64,000 nt of DNA from an uncultured Acidobacteriota bacterium (GCA_963721825.1 CAVRLE010000005.1:272757-336756); one strand, 5' to 3'; counted from the stretch's first letter, positions 48,139 to 57,530 are shown. Numbers and translations: made by a program. Notes: generated by a model from the sequence alone, not told the origin.

Positions 48139-48906
48139 ATGAGCCTAGTCCTGAATCTTATCAGCAGAGCCGCCTTCACTTGGCGAAAGGACACCATTAC
48201 AGGCCAACTCCTGAGGTTACCCCTGCGCGCCCTTAGGAAAGGCGCCACCGTTCCTATTCTTTCTGGCGCTGCAAAAGGCATAAAGTGGACTGTCGGATCC
48301 GGCGTTGCGGATTTTTGGGTGGGCACTTACGAGATCGAGAAGGCGAAACTCTTCGCGCGGCATGCCAAGCCTGGATGTACAGTTTATGATGTCGGTGCTA
48401 ATGTTGGCTTCTATACTTTGCTTGCCTCGCGGGCAGTTGGACCGACGGGCCGAGTGGTTACGTTCGAACCATTACCGCGAAACCTAGCCTTCCTGCACCA
48501 TCATTTGAGTCTGAATCACAATACCAACGTTACTCTTCTGGATATCGCTGTCTGCGACTCCGAAGGTATGACCCGATTCGTTGTCGACAACGATCCGAAA
48601 AAGGCGAGAATCACGGCTGTAGGGGGGGACGTTACCGTCCGCACGACTTCGCTTGATCGCCTGATGGGAGAACTTCCCTTGCCGGATCTAATCGAGATGG
48701 ATATCGAAGGTGCCGAGTACTCGGCATTGCGTGGCGCCGAGCGAATGCTCCGGAAATCGAGGCCGGTGATCTTTCTTTCCACGCACGGTCGAGACGTTCA
48801 CCGAGCATGCTGCGAACTGTTGCGCACTCTCGGCTACAAGCTGCACGCGATTGGCCCCATGTCGATCGATGACACGGATGAGCTTTACTGCGTGAAAGAA
48901 CACTGA
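48139..48906 (+). CDS. FkbM-family SAM-dependent methyltransferase (copy 2, paralog of 45048..45815)
   Basis: Same length (768 nt) as copy 1 and roughly 75-80% aa identity by eye. The last 70 or so residues are nearly identical. Start set at the internal ATG 48139, matching copy 1 (MSLV(M/L)NLI). Confidence 0.88.
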   Translation: MSLVLNLISRAAFTWRKDTITGQLLRLPLRALRKGATVPILSGAAKGIKWTVGSGVADFWVGTYEIEKAKLFARHAKPGCTVYDVGANVGFYTLLASRAVGPTGRVVTFEPLPRNLAFLHHHLSLNHNTNVTLLDIAVCDSEGMTRFVVDNDPKKARITAVGGDVTVRTTSLDRLMGELPLPDLIEMDIEGAEYSALRGAERMLRKSRPVIFLSTHGRDVHRACCELLRTLGYKLHAIGPMSIDDTDELYCVKEH

Positions 48907-49112
48907 ATCTGTTCCGAACGCGCTGTCCCGAAAGTTCCCCAAATGCTTATGACGACTGGACTACGTCGAAACCTGGGCGTCGGTTGAGGATGCTGACGTT
49001 TGGAGCGCCGCGCTCTTCCATGTGGTCCGAAGCAGGAACTGCATCGTTTTAATCCAGCAACCCCTGTATAGCTGATGCGGGATCTAATATCACTCGAAAG
49101 AGAGGAACTAAC

Positions 49113-50192
49113 ATGATCGTTACGCGAACACCATTTCGAGTCACCCTTGGGGGAGGCGGAACCGATTTGCCTTCGTTTTACCGCGAGCATGGCGGATTCG
49201 TTTTGGCGGTCGCTATCGACAAGTATATGTATTTGAGCGTTAATACACCAATTCTCGACGATCTCATTCGCGTTCGATACAGCAAAGCCGAGACTGTTTC
49301 ATGCCGCGAGGAAGTCGAGCATCCGCTGGCGCGTGCGGCCCTCGAGCGCTTTGGCATTCAAGATGGGATCGAGATCGTCTCCATTGCCGATATCCCTGCC
49401 GGAACCGGGGTGGGTTCTTCGAGTTGTTACTTGGTCGGATTGATGAATGCGTTGCACGCCTTGACGCAAACCCCCGCCAGTCCGCAGCAGTTGGCTGAAG
49501 AAGCCTGCCATATCGAGTTGGAGCTTTTACACAAGCCCATCGGCAAGCAGGACCAATACATGGCCGCCTACGGGGGCCTCACGATGCTGGACATCGCCAA
49601 AGACGGTAAGGTCGGCGCGCATTATCTTTCAATCCCGGTCGATGTGGTAGAGGAACTCGAAAACAACCTGCTCTTGTTCTACACAGGTGACGTCCGCGAT
49701 GCCACCGCCATACTCAGCCAGCAGGACGATGCGACGAAGAGAAAAGACACGGCCGTCGTCAGTAGTTTGACCGAGATCAAGGACATCGGGATGGAGATTG
49801 CCTCAGCGATCATGGCCGGCAATCTGCATCATTTTGGGGAGTTGATGGACAACCATTGGCAAGCAAAGAAGCGTCTGTCGAAGGGCATCACCAATCCTAT
49901 GATTGACGCTTGGTACGAGCTGTCCAAGCGAAACGGGGCGATTGGTGGCAAGATCAGCGGGGCGGGCGGTGGCGGCTTCCTGATGTTGTACTGCGATGTG
50001 GGCAAGGCACAGGTACGCGAGGCCCTGCGCCTTGCCGGGCTACGGGAATTGAATTTCCGTTTCGAGTTCGAAGGTAGCAAGGTGGTCTTCGATATCGTGT
50101 CGCGCGATGCTCGCTTGGCGCACATGCGGCGCCAGAACCACGAGAACGGAGGGAAGGCAGTGGCCGCGCAGCTTTCAGCCTTCGCCCAATGA
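49113..50192 (+). CDS. hddA: GHMP-family sugar kinase, D-glycero-D-manno-heptose 7-phosphate kinase-like
   Basis: MIVTRTPFRVTLGGGGTDLPSFYREHGGFVLAVAIDKYMYL and DIPAGTGVGSSS are typical of HddA-type GHMP kinases. Confidence 0.8.
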   Translation: MIVTRTPFRVTLGGGGTDLPSFYREHGGFVLAVAIDKYMYLSVNTPILDDLIRVRYSKAETVSCREEVEHPLARAALERFGIQDGIEIVSIADIPAGTGVGSSSCYLVGLMNALHALTQTPASPQQLAEEACHIELELLHKPIGKQDQYMAAYGGLTMLDIAKDGKVGAHYLSIPVDVVEELENNLLLFYTGDVRDATAILSQQDDATKRKDTAVVSSLTEIKDIGMEIASAIMAGNLHHFGELMDNHWQAKKRLSKGITNPMIDAWYELSKRNGAIGGKISGAGGGGFLMLYCDVGKAQVREALRLAGLRELNFRFEFEGSKVVFDIVSRDARLAHMRRQNHENGGKAVAAQLSAFAQ

Positions 50193-50344
50193 ACCCGCTA
50201 AATTTCCAGCGAGGCTTCAGAGGTATAAAAGTCCTGGTGAATTTCTGACTCCGGTCTTCCTTGCCCGGAAGCCCGGCGCCGCATCACGGACCCGCAGAAG
50301 CCTTTTCAGCAACCAGCAAACCCGGATTGCAAAGGAGACCGAGC

Positions 50345-51133
50345 ATGGCCCTTCTGTCGGGAAATGCACTAGAAAGACAGGCGCGACTCGAGCGCGAGAC
50401 CGCCGCGGCGGCCGAGCACAAGACTGTTTCGGGGCTGCGCGTGAAAATATACGCAGACGGCGCGGACAGGAGCGCCATGCTGGAGATGTACGCCAACCCT
50501 CAGATTGCCGGCTTCACTACGAATCCCACGCTGATGCGCAAATCGGGCGTGATTGATTACCGGGCGTTCGCGCGAGAGATCCTTGAGCTTATCCCCGACC
50601 GGCCGATCTCCTTCGAAGTGTTCGCCGACGACTTCCCGGAAATGGAGCGGCAGGCGGCCGAGATTGCGTCCTGGGGAGCGAACGTGCTGGTCAAAGTCCC
50701 AATCACTAACACGCGCGGGGAATCGTCGGCGCGGCTGTTACGGCGGCTGTCGCGAGCCGGCATCCGCGTGAACGTGACGGCGCTGCTGACTTTGGAACAG
50801 GTGCGGAAAGCGTGCGAATGCCTGACCGATGGACCGCTAGCAAAGATTTCCGTCTTTGCCGGGCGGATCGCCGACACCGGACACGATCCGGTGCCTTTGA
50901 TGGCCGCAGCGGTCGAATTGCTCCGCCCTTACCCGAACCTGCAGCTGATCTGGGCCAGCCCGCGCGAGCTGCTGAACATCTTCCAGGCCGACGCAATCGG
51001 CTGCCATATCATCACCGCCACTTCAGACATACTGCGGAAGCTCGACCTGATCGGAAAGGATCTCAACGAGTACTCGCTGGACACCGTCAAGATGTTCTAT
51101 GAGGACGCGCGGAAAGCCGGATACCAGCTCTGA
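50345..51133 (+). CDS. transaldolase-family protein (short type)
   Basis: AAGGAG SD. IYADGAD...FTTNPTLMRK...VLVKVPIT...NVTALLTLEQ are transaldolase/FSA motifs, including the Schiff-base Lys context. Confidence 0.85.
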   Translation: MALLSGNALERQARLERETAAAAEHKTVSGLRVKIYADGADRSAMLEMYANPQIAGFTTNPTLMRKSGVIDYRAFAREILELIPDRPISFEVFADDFPEMERQAAEIASWGANVLVKVPITNTRGESSARLLRRLSRAGIRVNVTALLTLEQVRKACECLTDGPLAKISVFAGRIADTGHDPVPLMAAAVELLRPYPNLQLIWASPRELLNIFQADAIGCHIITATSDILRKLDLIGKDLNEYSLDTVKMFYEDARKAGYQL

Positions 51134-51226
51134 GGCGGCTGCGGTGCGAGTCGCATTCAGCAAAGAGGCGATTCGCGACGGCGGAGGTAGATCCAGTGAA
51201 GGGCTCAGCGGCGAGAGCAAAATCCG

Positions 51227-52048
51227 ATGAAGCAATGGGTGAGCAGGGATGTCCTTCGAGAAGCAAGCACGGTCAACCTAGAACCGAGCCACGTGCTCGT
51301 CGGATTCAGGGTCCTCGGGGTGAGGGTGTACGCGGTGCAGATTCCCCAGGTAGTTGTGCTCTTGGAGAACTGGATTGCGGAGCGGTCCAGGAGCCGCTAC
51401 GTGGCGGTCACAGGAATGCACGGCGTGATGGAAGCGCAGAGGGACACATCTTTTCGAGAGATCCTTAACACGGCAGATTGCGTGGTTCCCGATGGCATGC
51501 CGTTGGTCTGGCTCGGACGCTGGCATGGGTTCGCGTTAAAGCGTCGCGTGTACGGCCCGGAGCTCTTGGAAACATTCTGCCAAACGACAGGTACGAAATA
51601 CCGGCACTTCTTCTACGGAGGGATAGCCGGTGTGGCTGGCCGACTGGCTGACTCTCTTGAACAACTGTACGGCATCCAAATCGCCGGCACTTATTCGCCG
51701 CCTTTCCGACTGCTGACCGAGGAGGAAGATCGAGAAATCGTTGCGATGATCCGCGCCTCGGCACCCGACGTCTTGTGGGTAGGCCTGAGTACACCCAAGC
51801 AGGAGCGATGGATGTACGCGCATCGCTCGAGCCTTGGCGTGCCCGTGATGGTGGGCGTGGGCGCCGCCTTCGATATCCATAGCGGTCGCAAAAAGCGGGC
51901 GCCTCGGTGGATGCAAGAGCACGGGCTGGAGTGGATGTTCCGCCTGCTTCAGGAGCCACGGCGCCTTTGGCGGCGCTACTTGGTTTATGGACCGGAATTT
52001 GCAGCTCTCGTATTGCTTGAATTATTGGGTCTGAAGAAAGTTCGCTGA
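51227..52048 (+). CDS. WecB/TagA/CpsF-family glycosyltransferase (GT26)
   Basis: VTGMHGVMEAQRD..FREILNTADCVVPDGMPLVWLGRWHG...VLWVGLSTPKQERWM...VMVGVGAAFDIHSG. Confidence 0.85.
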   Translation: MKQWVSRDVLREASTVNLEPSHVLVGFRVLGVRVYAVQIPQVVVLLENWIAERSRSRYVAVTGMHGVMEAQRDTSFREILNTADCVVPDGMPLVWLGRWHGFALKRRVYGPELLETFCQTTGTKYRHFFYGGIAGVAGRLADSLEQLYGIQIAGTYSPPFRLLTEEEDREIVAMIRASAPDVLWVGLSTPKQERWMYAHRSSLGVPVMVGVGAAFDIHSGRKKRAPRWMQEHGLEWMFRLLQEPRRLWRRYLVYGPEFAALVLLELLGLKKVR

Positions 52049-52149
52049 CGGCTCCATGAGGCGTCATTCTCTGGCCAAAGGTGGTAACTTAATTCGCGCT
52101 TCGGAAAAAGTTTGATAACCCTTGGCGCCATTTTAGGAGAAGTATTTTA

Positions 52150-53178
52150 ATGGGCGATCATTTAGGTTTGGTTGTCGTTACTGGAGCGGGTGGATTTATC
52201 GGCGGGAATCTCATCGCGGATCTCCGCGCGCGAGGCCACAAGCAGATGAGGGCGTTAGACATAAAGCCTTTTGATGAGTGGTACCAGCGTTTCGATGACG
52301 TTGAGAATCTTTCGCTCGATTTGAATCTCAAGGATAACTGTGAGAAAGCCGCTCAGGGCGCCAGCGACATCTACAATCTCGCGGCCAATATGGGCGGAAT
52401 CGGTTTCATCGAACACAACAAGGCGCTGTGCATGCTTTCGGTGCTGATCAATACACACATGCTGCAGGCGGCGGTGAAATTTGGCGTGCAGAGATTTTTT
52501 TATTCGTCGTCGGCGTGTGTTTACAACGGAGACAAGCAGAAGACCTTCGAAGCTCCGTCGCTCAAGGAACAGGACGCCTATCCCGCCCTCGCGGAAGACG
52601 GCTATGGATGGGAAAAGCTCTTTTCTGAGCGCATGTGTTGCCACTTCCGGGAAGATTATGGTCTCTACACTCGCGTGGCCCGCTTTCACAACGTTTACGG
52701 GCCCAGGGGTAGTTGGTACGGTGGGCGCGAGAAGGCCCCGGCGGCAATCTGCCGGAAGGTGATCGAAGCGAAGGTTTCTGGTAAGCACGAAATCGATATT
52801 TGGGGCCCAGGCAATCAGACCCGTAGCTTCATGTTCATCGATGACTGCCTGAAAGGCATCGATCTGATCATGAATTCAGAGATTCTGGAGCCGATCAATC
52901 TCGGATCGAGTGAGGCGGTAACGATAAATCAACTGGTCGATGTCGCGGAGGAAATTGCGGGGATCAAGTTGAAGCGCCGTTACAATCTCAGTGCGCCCAA
53001 GGGTGTGAATGGCCGGAACAGCGATAACACTCTCATCCAGAAGTATGTCAGTTGGGAGCCCAACACTTCACTGCGGATAGGTCTCGAAAAAACCTATCGT
53101 TGGATCTACGACCAGTATCTGGCTCGCGAGAGAGGCGAAACAGGAGTCGTTCGTGAAGCCACAGCAGTTGGAAGATAG
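52150..53178 (+). CDS. NAD-dependent epimerase, GDP-mannose 3,5-epimerase-like
   Basis: AGGAG SD. VVTGAGGFIGGNL. IYNLAANMGGIGFIEHNKALCMLSVLINTHMLQAAVKFGVQRFFYSSSACVY closely follows the GME pattern (AADMGGMGFIQSNHSV...RFFYASSACIY). Confidence 0.8.
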   Translation: MGDHLGLVVVTGAGGFIGGNLIADLRARGHKQMRALDIKPFDEWYQRFDDVENLSLDLNLKDNCEKAAQGASDIYNLAANMGGIGFIEHNKALCMLSVLINTHMLQAAVKFGVQRFFYSSSACVYNGDKQKTFEAPSLKEQDAYPALAEDGYGWEKLFSERMCCHFREDYGLYTRVARFHNVYGPRGSWYGGREKAPAAICRKVIEAKVSGKHEIDIWGPGNQTRSFMFIDDCLKGIDLIMNSEILEPINLGSSEAVTINQLVDVAEEIAGIKLKRRYNLSAPKGVNGRNSDNTLIQKYVSWEPNTSLRIGLEKTYRWIYDQYLARERGETGVVREATAVGR

Positions 53179-53235
53179 ATCTTCTATCGGATCGAAGCCT
53201 ACAGCATGCCGCGGGGTCCAGAAGGAGCAGATGCG

Positions 53236-54498
53236 ATGACTCAACGGGCGGTCTTTCTCGACCGCGATGGCGTGATCAACGCCTACGTATACAACCCGGA
53301 GTTCGGCACAGTCGATTCCCCGGCCAACCCGGACGAGCTTGCTCTCTTACCAGGGGCAGCCGAGGCGATCACGAAGCTGAACGAGGCGGGGCTGGTGGCG
53401 ATTGTCGTCTCGAATCAGCCGGGGATCGCGAAGGGGCGATTCACTCTGAAGCTGCTCGAAGCAATGACCGAGAAGATGAAGCGGCTGGTGGCGGGGGCGG
53501 GAGGAAGATTGGACGCGGTGTATTACTGCCTGCACCATCCCGAAGGCACGATCGACGGCTACCGGCTTGCGTGCCAGTGTCGGAAGCCGAGTCCTGGGCT
53601 TCTTCATCAAGCTGCGCGGGAATGGGGGATCGACCTTGGCCAGTCATACATGGTCGGGGACGGCGTAGTGGACCTACTGGCCGGACGGCAGGCAGGCACA
53701 AGAACAGTTTTCGTCAGCCCGAGGAAAGGCTACGTCTTTTCTGAGCTGGAGCGCCAGAACGCATGGCCGGATTTGATCGCCGGTAACCTCCTCGAAGCGG
53801 TCGACCTAATCAAGGTTGTCGAAAACGGCCACTGGCACGGGCCGAGCGTGGATTGGGCCGACCGGGAACTCGCGAATGAAGCGCCACCTTACACGCCAGC
53901 TTACATTCAGGAAGCCATGGAGATCCTTCGGCGGCTCGACCAACGTGCGATCGAACGGATGGTGGGCCTGCTGGTCGAGCTGCGTCGGCGGGGCGGACGA
54001 CTCTTTTTTCTCGGAGTCGGAGGCGGTGCCGGGCACGCTTCGCATGCAGTGAACGACTTCCGCAAGATTGCTGGAATCGAAGCCTACACGCCCACCGACA
54101 ACGTTTCGGAATTGACGGCACGCGTGAACGACGACGGATGGGAGACGTCGTACGCGAATTGGCTGCGGGGCAGCCGGCTAATAGCGAACGACATGGTATT
54201 TGTTTTCTCCGTGGGTGGAGGCGACGCCGAAAAGAAAATTAGCGCAAACCTGGTTCGGGCCCTCGACTTTGCGAAAGAGGTAGGCACCGCGATCTGCGGT
54301 GTGGTCGGCCGCGACGGAGGTTATACTGCCCAGGTGGCCGATGCTTGCGTGTTGATCCCCGTGTTGAACCCTTCAACCGTTACGCCCCACACCGAATCCT
54401 TCCAGGCCCTAGTTTGGCATCTGCTCGTGTCTCATCCTGCCCTGAAGGTAGCCGAGATGAAGTGGGAGTCGGTGCGAGCCCACAGTTCTGCCGGCTAA
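53236..54498 (+). CDS. fusion of HAD-IIIA heptose-1,7-bisphosphate phosphatase (GmhB-like) with a SIS-domain (GmhA-like sedoheptulose-7-P isomerase)
   Basis: N-terminal half: AVFLDRDGVIN...VVSNQPGIAKG...CQCRKPSPGLL...MVGDG (HAD motifs I-IV). C-terminal half: GGRLFFLGVGGGAGHASHAVNDF...VFVFSVGGG...AICGVVGRDGG (SIS). Confidence 0.85.
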   Translation: MTQRAVFLDRDGVINAYVYNPEFGTVDSPANPDELALLPGAAEAITKLNEAGLVAIVVSNQPGIAKGRFTLKLLEAMTEKMKRLVAGAGGRLDAVYYCLHHPEGTIDGYRLACQCRKPSPGLLHQAAREWGIDLGQSYMVGDGVVDLLAGRQAGTRTVFVSPRKGYVFSELERQNAWPDLIAGNLLEAVDLIKVVENGHWHGPSVDWADRELANEAPPYTPAYIQEAMEILRRLDQRAIERMVGLLVELRRRGGRLFFLGVGGGAGHASHAVNDFRKIAGIEAYTPTDNVSELTARVNDDGWETSYANWLRGSRLIANDMVFVFSVGGGDAEKKISANLVRALDFAKEVGTAICGVVGRDGGYTAQVADACVLIPVLNPSTVTPHTESFQALVWHLLVSHPALKVAEMKWESVRAHSSAG

Positions 54499-54647
54499 TC
54501 TTCTGCCGCAGGCTGGTCCGAACGATTTCGTCAGTCAGCTCGGTTCCAGGAAGCGAAGCGTCCATGCCTCTGATGAACCCGAGCCTAGTCAGCGAAGGCG
54601 GCGCTCCGGCTCCATGGTGCAAGAAAAACAATTCTGGTCACCCAACC

Positions 54648-55303
54648 CTATTTCTTCGTGTGGACCTTACGGCGACAATCGCAACACAAGGTGATCAAAT
54701 TGGTCACTCGAGCATCCCCCCATGTGACTGTGCGGGACGATATGGTGCACCTCGAGATTCTTCGACCCGCCACCATCCCGCCCGGGAACCTGCCTGCAAA
54801 GATCCTTGTACGCCTCGGGTGCTAGCTGTCTGCGAGGCTGTTTGGGTCTCAGTCCCGACACGGGACCCCGGTGATCTCTTGCAAAGGTTTCTGCTGCAGT
54901 GCACTTGGCAGCAAATTGTAAAGCCGAGACATCGAGAGCAGCAAGATATCCTGACCTGTCCGACCCGAGCCTCAGGGCGGCGGTTTCGAGCACCTGTTCG
55001 ATCACATGCAATTGGCTCTTGTGCATCTTAAAGTTAAAGGTCTCGTCCAAGACTGAATGGCGGAGGACGCAGTCATGTGCGAACTTTTCTCCGGCACTGA
55101 CAAGGAAAAATTCAGGGAAATATCACCTCGTCGGCAAGCTCCTTCGATGACAAATGTTCCAATTTAGACCAATTTACAGGAGACTTCGCGCACCGGAGCC
55201 TCAAGTGGAATAGGGAACTAACAGGGAAATCTCGACGGAATGCTGCGAAGAAGCCGCGAAGAATATTGCTCAGCCGTCGTCTCACCAGCGCGCGGAGTAC
55301 CAA
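54648..55303 (-). pseudogene. decayed paralog of the two-gene module 55349..56325 (hypothetical protein C-terminal part + HNH endonuclease)
   Basis: PVNWSKLEHL / FNFKMHKSQLHVIEQVLETAALRLG / RPKQPRRQLAPEAYKDLC...LEVHHI align to VGWSKAAEL / IYFKLYKSQLPVIERALETAALMLG / RPRRPRLRLDPDSYRKLC...LQVHHI. The CxxC pair is lost. The HNH C-terminal motif NLITLCCDCRRKVHTKK* (54648-54701) is in a different frame from the preceding part. Stops interrupt at 55110 and about 55050. Confidence 0.6.
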
Positions 55304-55348
55304 GACGCCCCAGCGCTATTGCTTTGCAGTTAATTCTGCATCCTTCGT

Positions 55349-55591
55349 TCAGTTCGGCTTGAAGCATTTTCGGTGGATGCTACCGTGGCAATCAGCGCAG
55401 AGCGTGATCAGATTTTCGTCTGTGTCGTCACCCAGTAGACTTCGTGAGCAAATGTGGTGGACCTGAAGACGATCGGAACTGCCGCAATACTGGCATCGCC
55501 ATCCATCACGTTCCAACACTTCGATGCAGAGTTTGCGATAAGAATCTGGGTCCAGCCGCAGTCTCGGTCGTCGTGGTCGGAAACCATTCAT
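55349..55591 (-). CDS. HNH endonuclease
   Basis: RDGWRCQYCGSSDRLQVHHICSRSLLGDDTDENLITLCADCHGSIH. ATGA overlap with the upstream gene. Confidence 0.88.
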   Translation of the reverse strand: MNGFRPRRPRLRLDPDSYRKLCIEVLERDGWRCQYCGSSDRLQVHHICSRSLLGDDTDENLITLCADCHGSIHRKCFKPN

Positions 55592-56325
55592 TGGACTTTC
55601 CCCATTTGCTGCATGAACTCCATTCTCTGCGGATCCGGAAGCAGGGAATAAAGTCGACCGAGTGCGAAAAGCAGGGAGTCGGAATTACCATCCTCGAGGT
55701 GAGCTCCGGCAAGAAAATCGGCACAAATCATCTCTAAGCAATAGCCGCGGGATTTGCTCGCGCCGAGCATCAGCGCCGCCGTCTCGAGCGCTCGCTCAAT
55801 CACAGGCAGCTGGCTCTTATAGAGTTTGAAGTAGATGATCTCCCACGGCTCCGTCTCCTGGCCAGTCAAATGCCTCTCAACCTCTCTCTTGAATCCTTCC
55901 TTTGGAAGCTCGATCGCTTTGTGCAACCAGGTTGCACAGTCAAACTGTTCACCGTCTCGCCGTGCCACTTTCGCAAGTTCGGCTGCTTTCGACCACCCGA
56001 CTTGCTGCAAGTCGTGGTGAATGCGGCGAGGCAGTTGCTCGTGGATGGCCATCAGGTAGTAGGCTTTGCGCCTAGACTCCGGAAAACGTTTCGTCAAAAA
56101 ATCATCGAATGAGCCGAGGTTTTCGAGCCTCCAGTATTGGCCCGCTCGCACTTCGCACAGGTATCGACCCAGTTCGACGAACCGCGTGTCCTTCTCTTGC
56201 TCGGCATGACGCTCCCAGGACAAGATCTCATCCACCTTGTCGAGAACGAACAAAGCGCGGCGCCGATTCAGTTTGGGTTCCACGAACACATGCCCGTTAG
56301 TCGTCAAATTGGTCAAGCCAATCAA
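55588..56325 (-). CDS. phage-type hypothetical protein (DUF3102-like helical/HTH region suspected)
   Basis: FVELGRYLCEVRAGQYWRLENLGSFDDFLTKRFPESRRKAYYLMAIHEQL resembles DUF3102-type phage proteins. It sits in an operon between the nuclease and HNH genes. TTG start is uncertain. Confidence 0.65.
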   Translation of the reverse strand: MIGLTNLTTNGHVFVEPKLNRRRALFVLDKVDEILSWERHAEQEKDTRFVELGRYLCEVRAGQYWRLENLGSFDDFLTKRFPESRRKAYYLMAIHEQLPRRIHHDLQQVGWSKAAELAKVARRDGEQFDCATWLHKAIELPKEGFKREVERHLTGQETEPWEIIYFKLYKSQLPVIERALETAALMLGASKSRGYCLEMICADFLAGAHLEDGNSDSLLFALGRLYSLLPDPQRMEFMQQMGKVQ

Positions 56326-57100
56326 GATCCATTGCTCCCGGTCGGCGAATGAGTTTGGAATCCATGAGCTGCTGATTTCCCAGGCAGAGGCCTAGATGGG
56401 AACAGCCGACGCATCCGTTTTGTGGAAAGCGAATTCCGCTGTGCGGGAGAAAATGGCCGGCTTCAATCTGCTCGACGGCGGTTTCCACCAGTTGGCCAAA
56501 CTCCCGACGCTGTTCTTCGTCGATGGATGTCTTCAGATACTGAATTTCGGGCGCGCTCTTTCGAATAAATACCACCAGAGAGACATCCGCGATTCCAGTC
56601 ATCCAGGAATAGCAGACCAGCTGTGGATCGAGCGACAAGAGGCCATCGGGCTGTTCCGGATAGCGCGATCCAGTCGTTTTCCAATCGAGGATGCAATTCG
56701 TCCCGTCCAGCTCACCAATCGCATCGACGTAAGATACAAATTCGCTTCCGCACGGAAGCGATCGTGTACATTTGACCTGAAGATTTCTCTTTGGGCGGCG
56801 GATCCGCACACGATCATCCTGCGCGAATCGTTCGAGCAGGTGAACACCCTGGTGATACAGCCTGTCCCAGGAGTCGTTCTTCGCATACTGGAGCGCTGCG
56901 TCCTGATGTTCTTGCCACGCCTTAAAGAACGTAGCGGTCGAATCTTCTTCGCGGAAATAGGCTGCCAGGGCGTTCTCGAAGCAGCGACCGAAAATCATCG
57001 AGGCCCGATCTTCCTTTTCGCGCCAACCGTCGAGGTATCGATAGCGATACATCCGTGGGCAGCGAAGATACTGGCTAATCTGCGTGAAGCTGTAAGTCAT
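56297..57100 (-). CDS. PD-(D/E)XK nuclease with Cas4-type 4-Cys cluster (phage exonuclease)
   Basis: GGGAGGA SD. N-terminal Cys in YLRCPRMYRYRY. D...ILDWKT (D-x-K) catalytic motif. C-terminal CVGCSHLGLC, which is CX2CX5C exactly as in the Cas4/AddB Fe-S nuclease domain. Confidence 0.85.
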   Translation of the reverse strand: MTYSFTQISQYLRCPRMYRYRYLDGWREKEDRASMIFGRCFENALAAYFREEDSTATFFKAWQEHQDAALQYAKNDSWDRLYHQGVHLLERFAQDDRVRIRRPKRNLQVKCTRSLPCGSEFVSYVDAIGELDGTNCILDWKTTGSRYPEQPDGLLSLDPQLVCYSWMTGIADVSLVVFIRKSAPEIQYLKTSIDEEQRREFGQLVETAVEQIEAGHFLPHSGIRFPQNGCVGCSHLGLCLGNQQLMDSKLIRRPGAMDLDWLDQFDD

Positions 57101-57530
57101 TCGATCCTCCCGCCACGACGCCTTCGCGAACATCCTTCGAGATGAATTCCCATTCGCTCGCTGGCGCGAATCCTTCGAGGTTTACAAAAGCGCGGCCCGC
57201 AAAGGTTTTTCTCGTAGCGCGCACTACGCCAGTGAGACCGAGCAAAGCTTTTTCATCCACTTCGTCGCGGCCGAGCAAGTCGGTGTCGTAGCCGAAATCC
57301 CGAAGAAACCAGTTCAGTTTCCAGAGCGACTTCTGGGTGCAGTAGATTCGTCCCGAAACTTTGAGTGAGGCGAGATCGTTGGGCTCGAGGATCGCGAAGC
57401 TGAGAATGAAGAAAGGTTTTTGCGGATGCCAGCGATAGTAAGCTCGATCGACCCGAACCAGGAACACGCCTTCCAGAACTCCATCGCCACCTGATGCTTC
57501 AGCATGCAGGCCTGGAAAATGTCGTTTCAT
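57075..57530 (-). CDS. phage-type hypothetical protein (DUF669-like?)
   Basis: 151 aa, overlapping both neighbours. The pattern G.F...V......W......F.ILSF.I........SGRIY...K.LWKLNWFLRDFGY is reminiscent of DUF669 proteins found between annealing protein and nuclease genes. Function not established. Confidence 0.55.
   Translation of the reverse strand: MKRHFPGLHAEASGGDGVLEGVFLVRVDRAYYRWHPQKPFFILSFAILEPNDLASLKVSGRIYCTQKSLWKLNWFLRDFGYDTDLLGRDEVDEKALLGLTGVVRATRKTFAGRAFVNLEGFAPASEWEFISKDVREGVVAGGSNDLQLHAD

Noticed and set aside
54345-55031. 228-aa plus-strand ORF after the GmhB-SIS gene
   Set aside because: It overlaps the end of 53236..54498 out of frame. It then runs antisense through the region where minus-strand frames show ordered homology to the HNH module, so it is judged an artefact.
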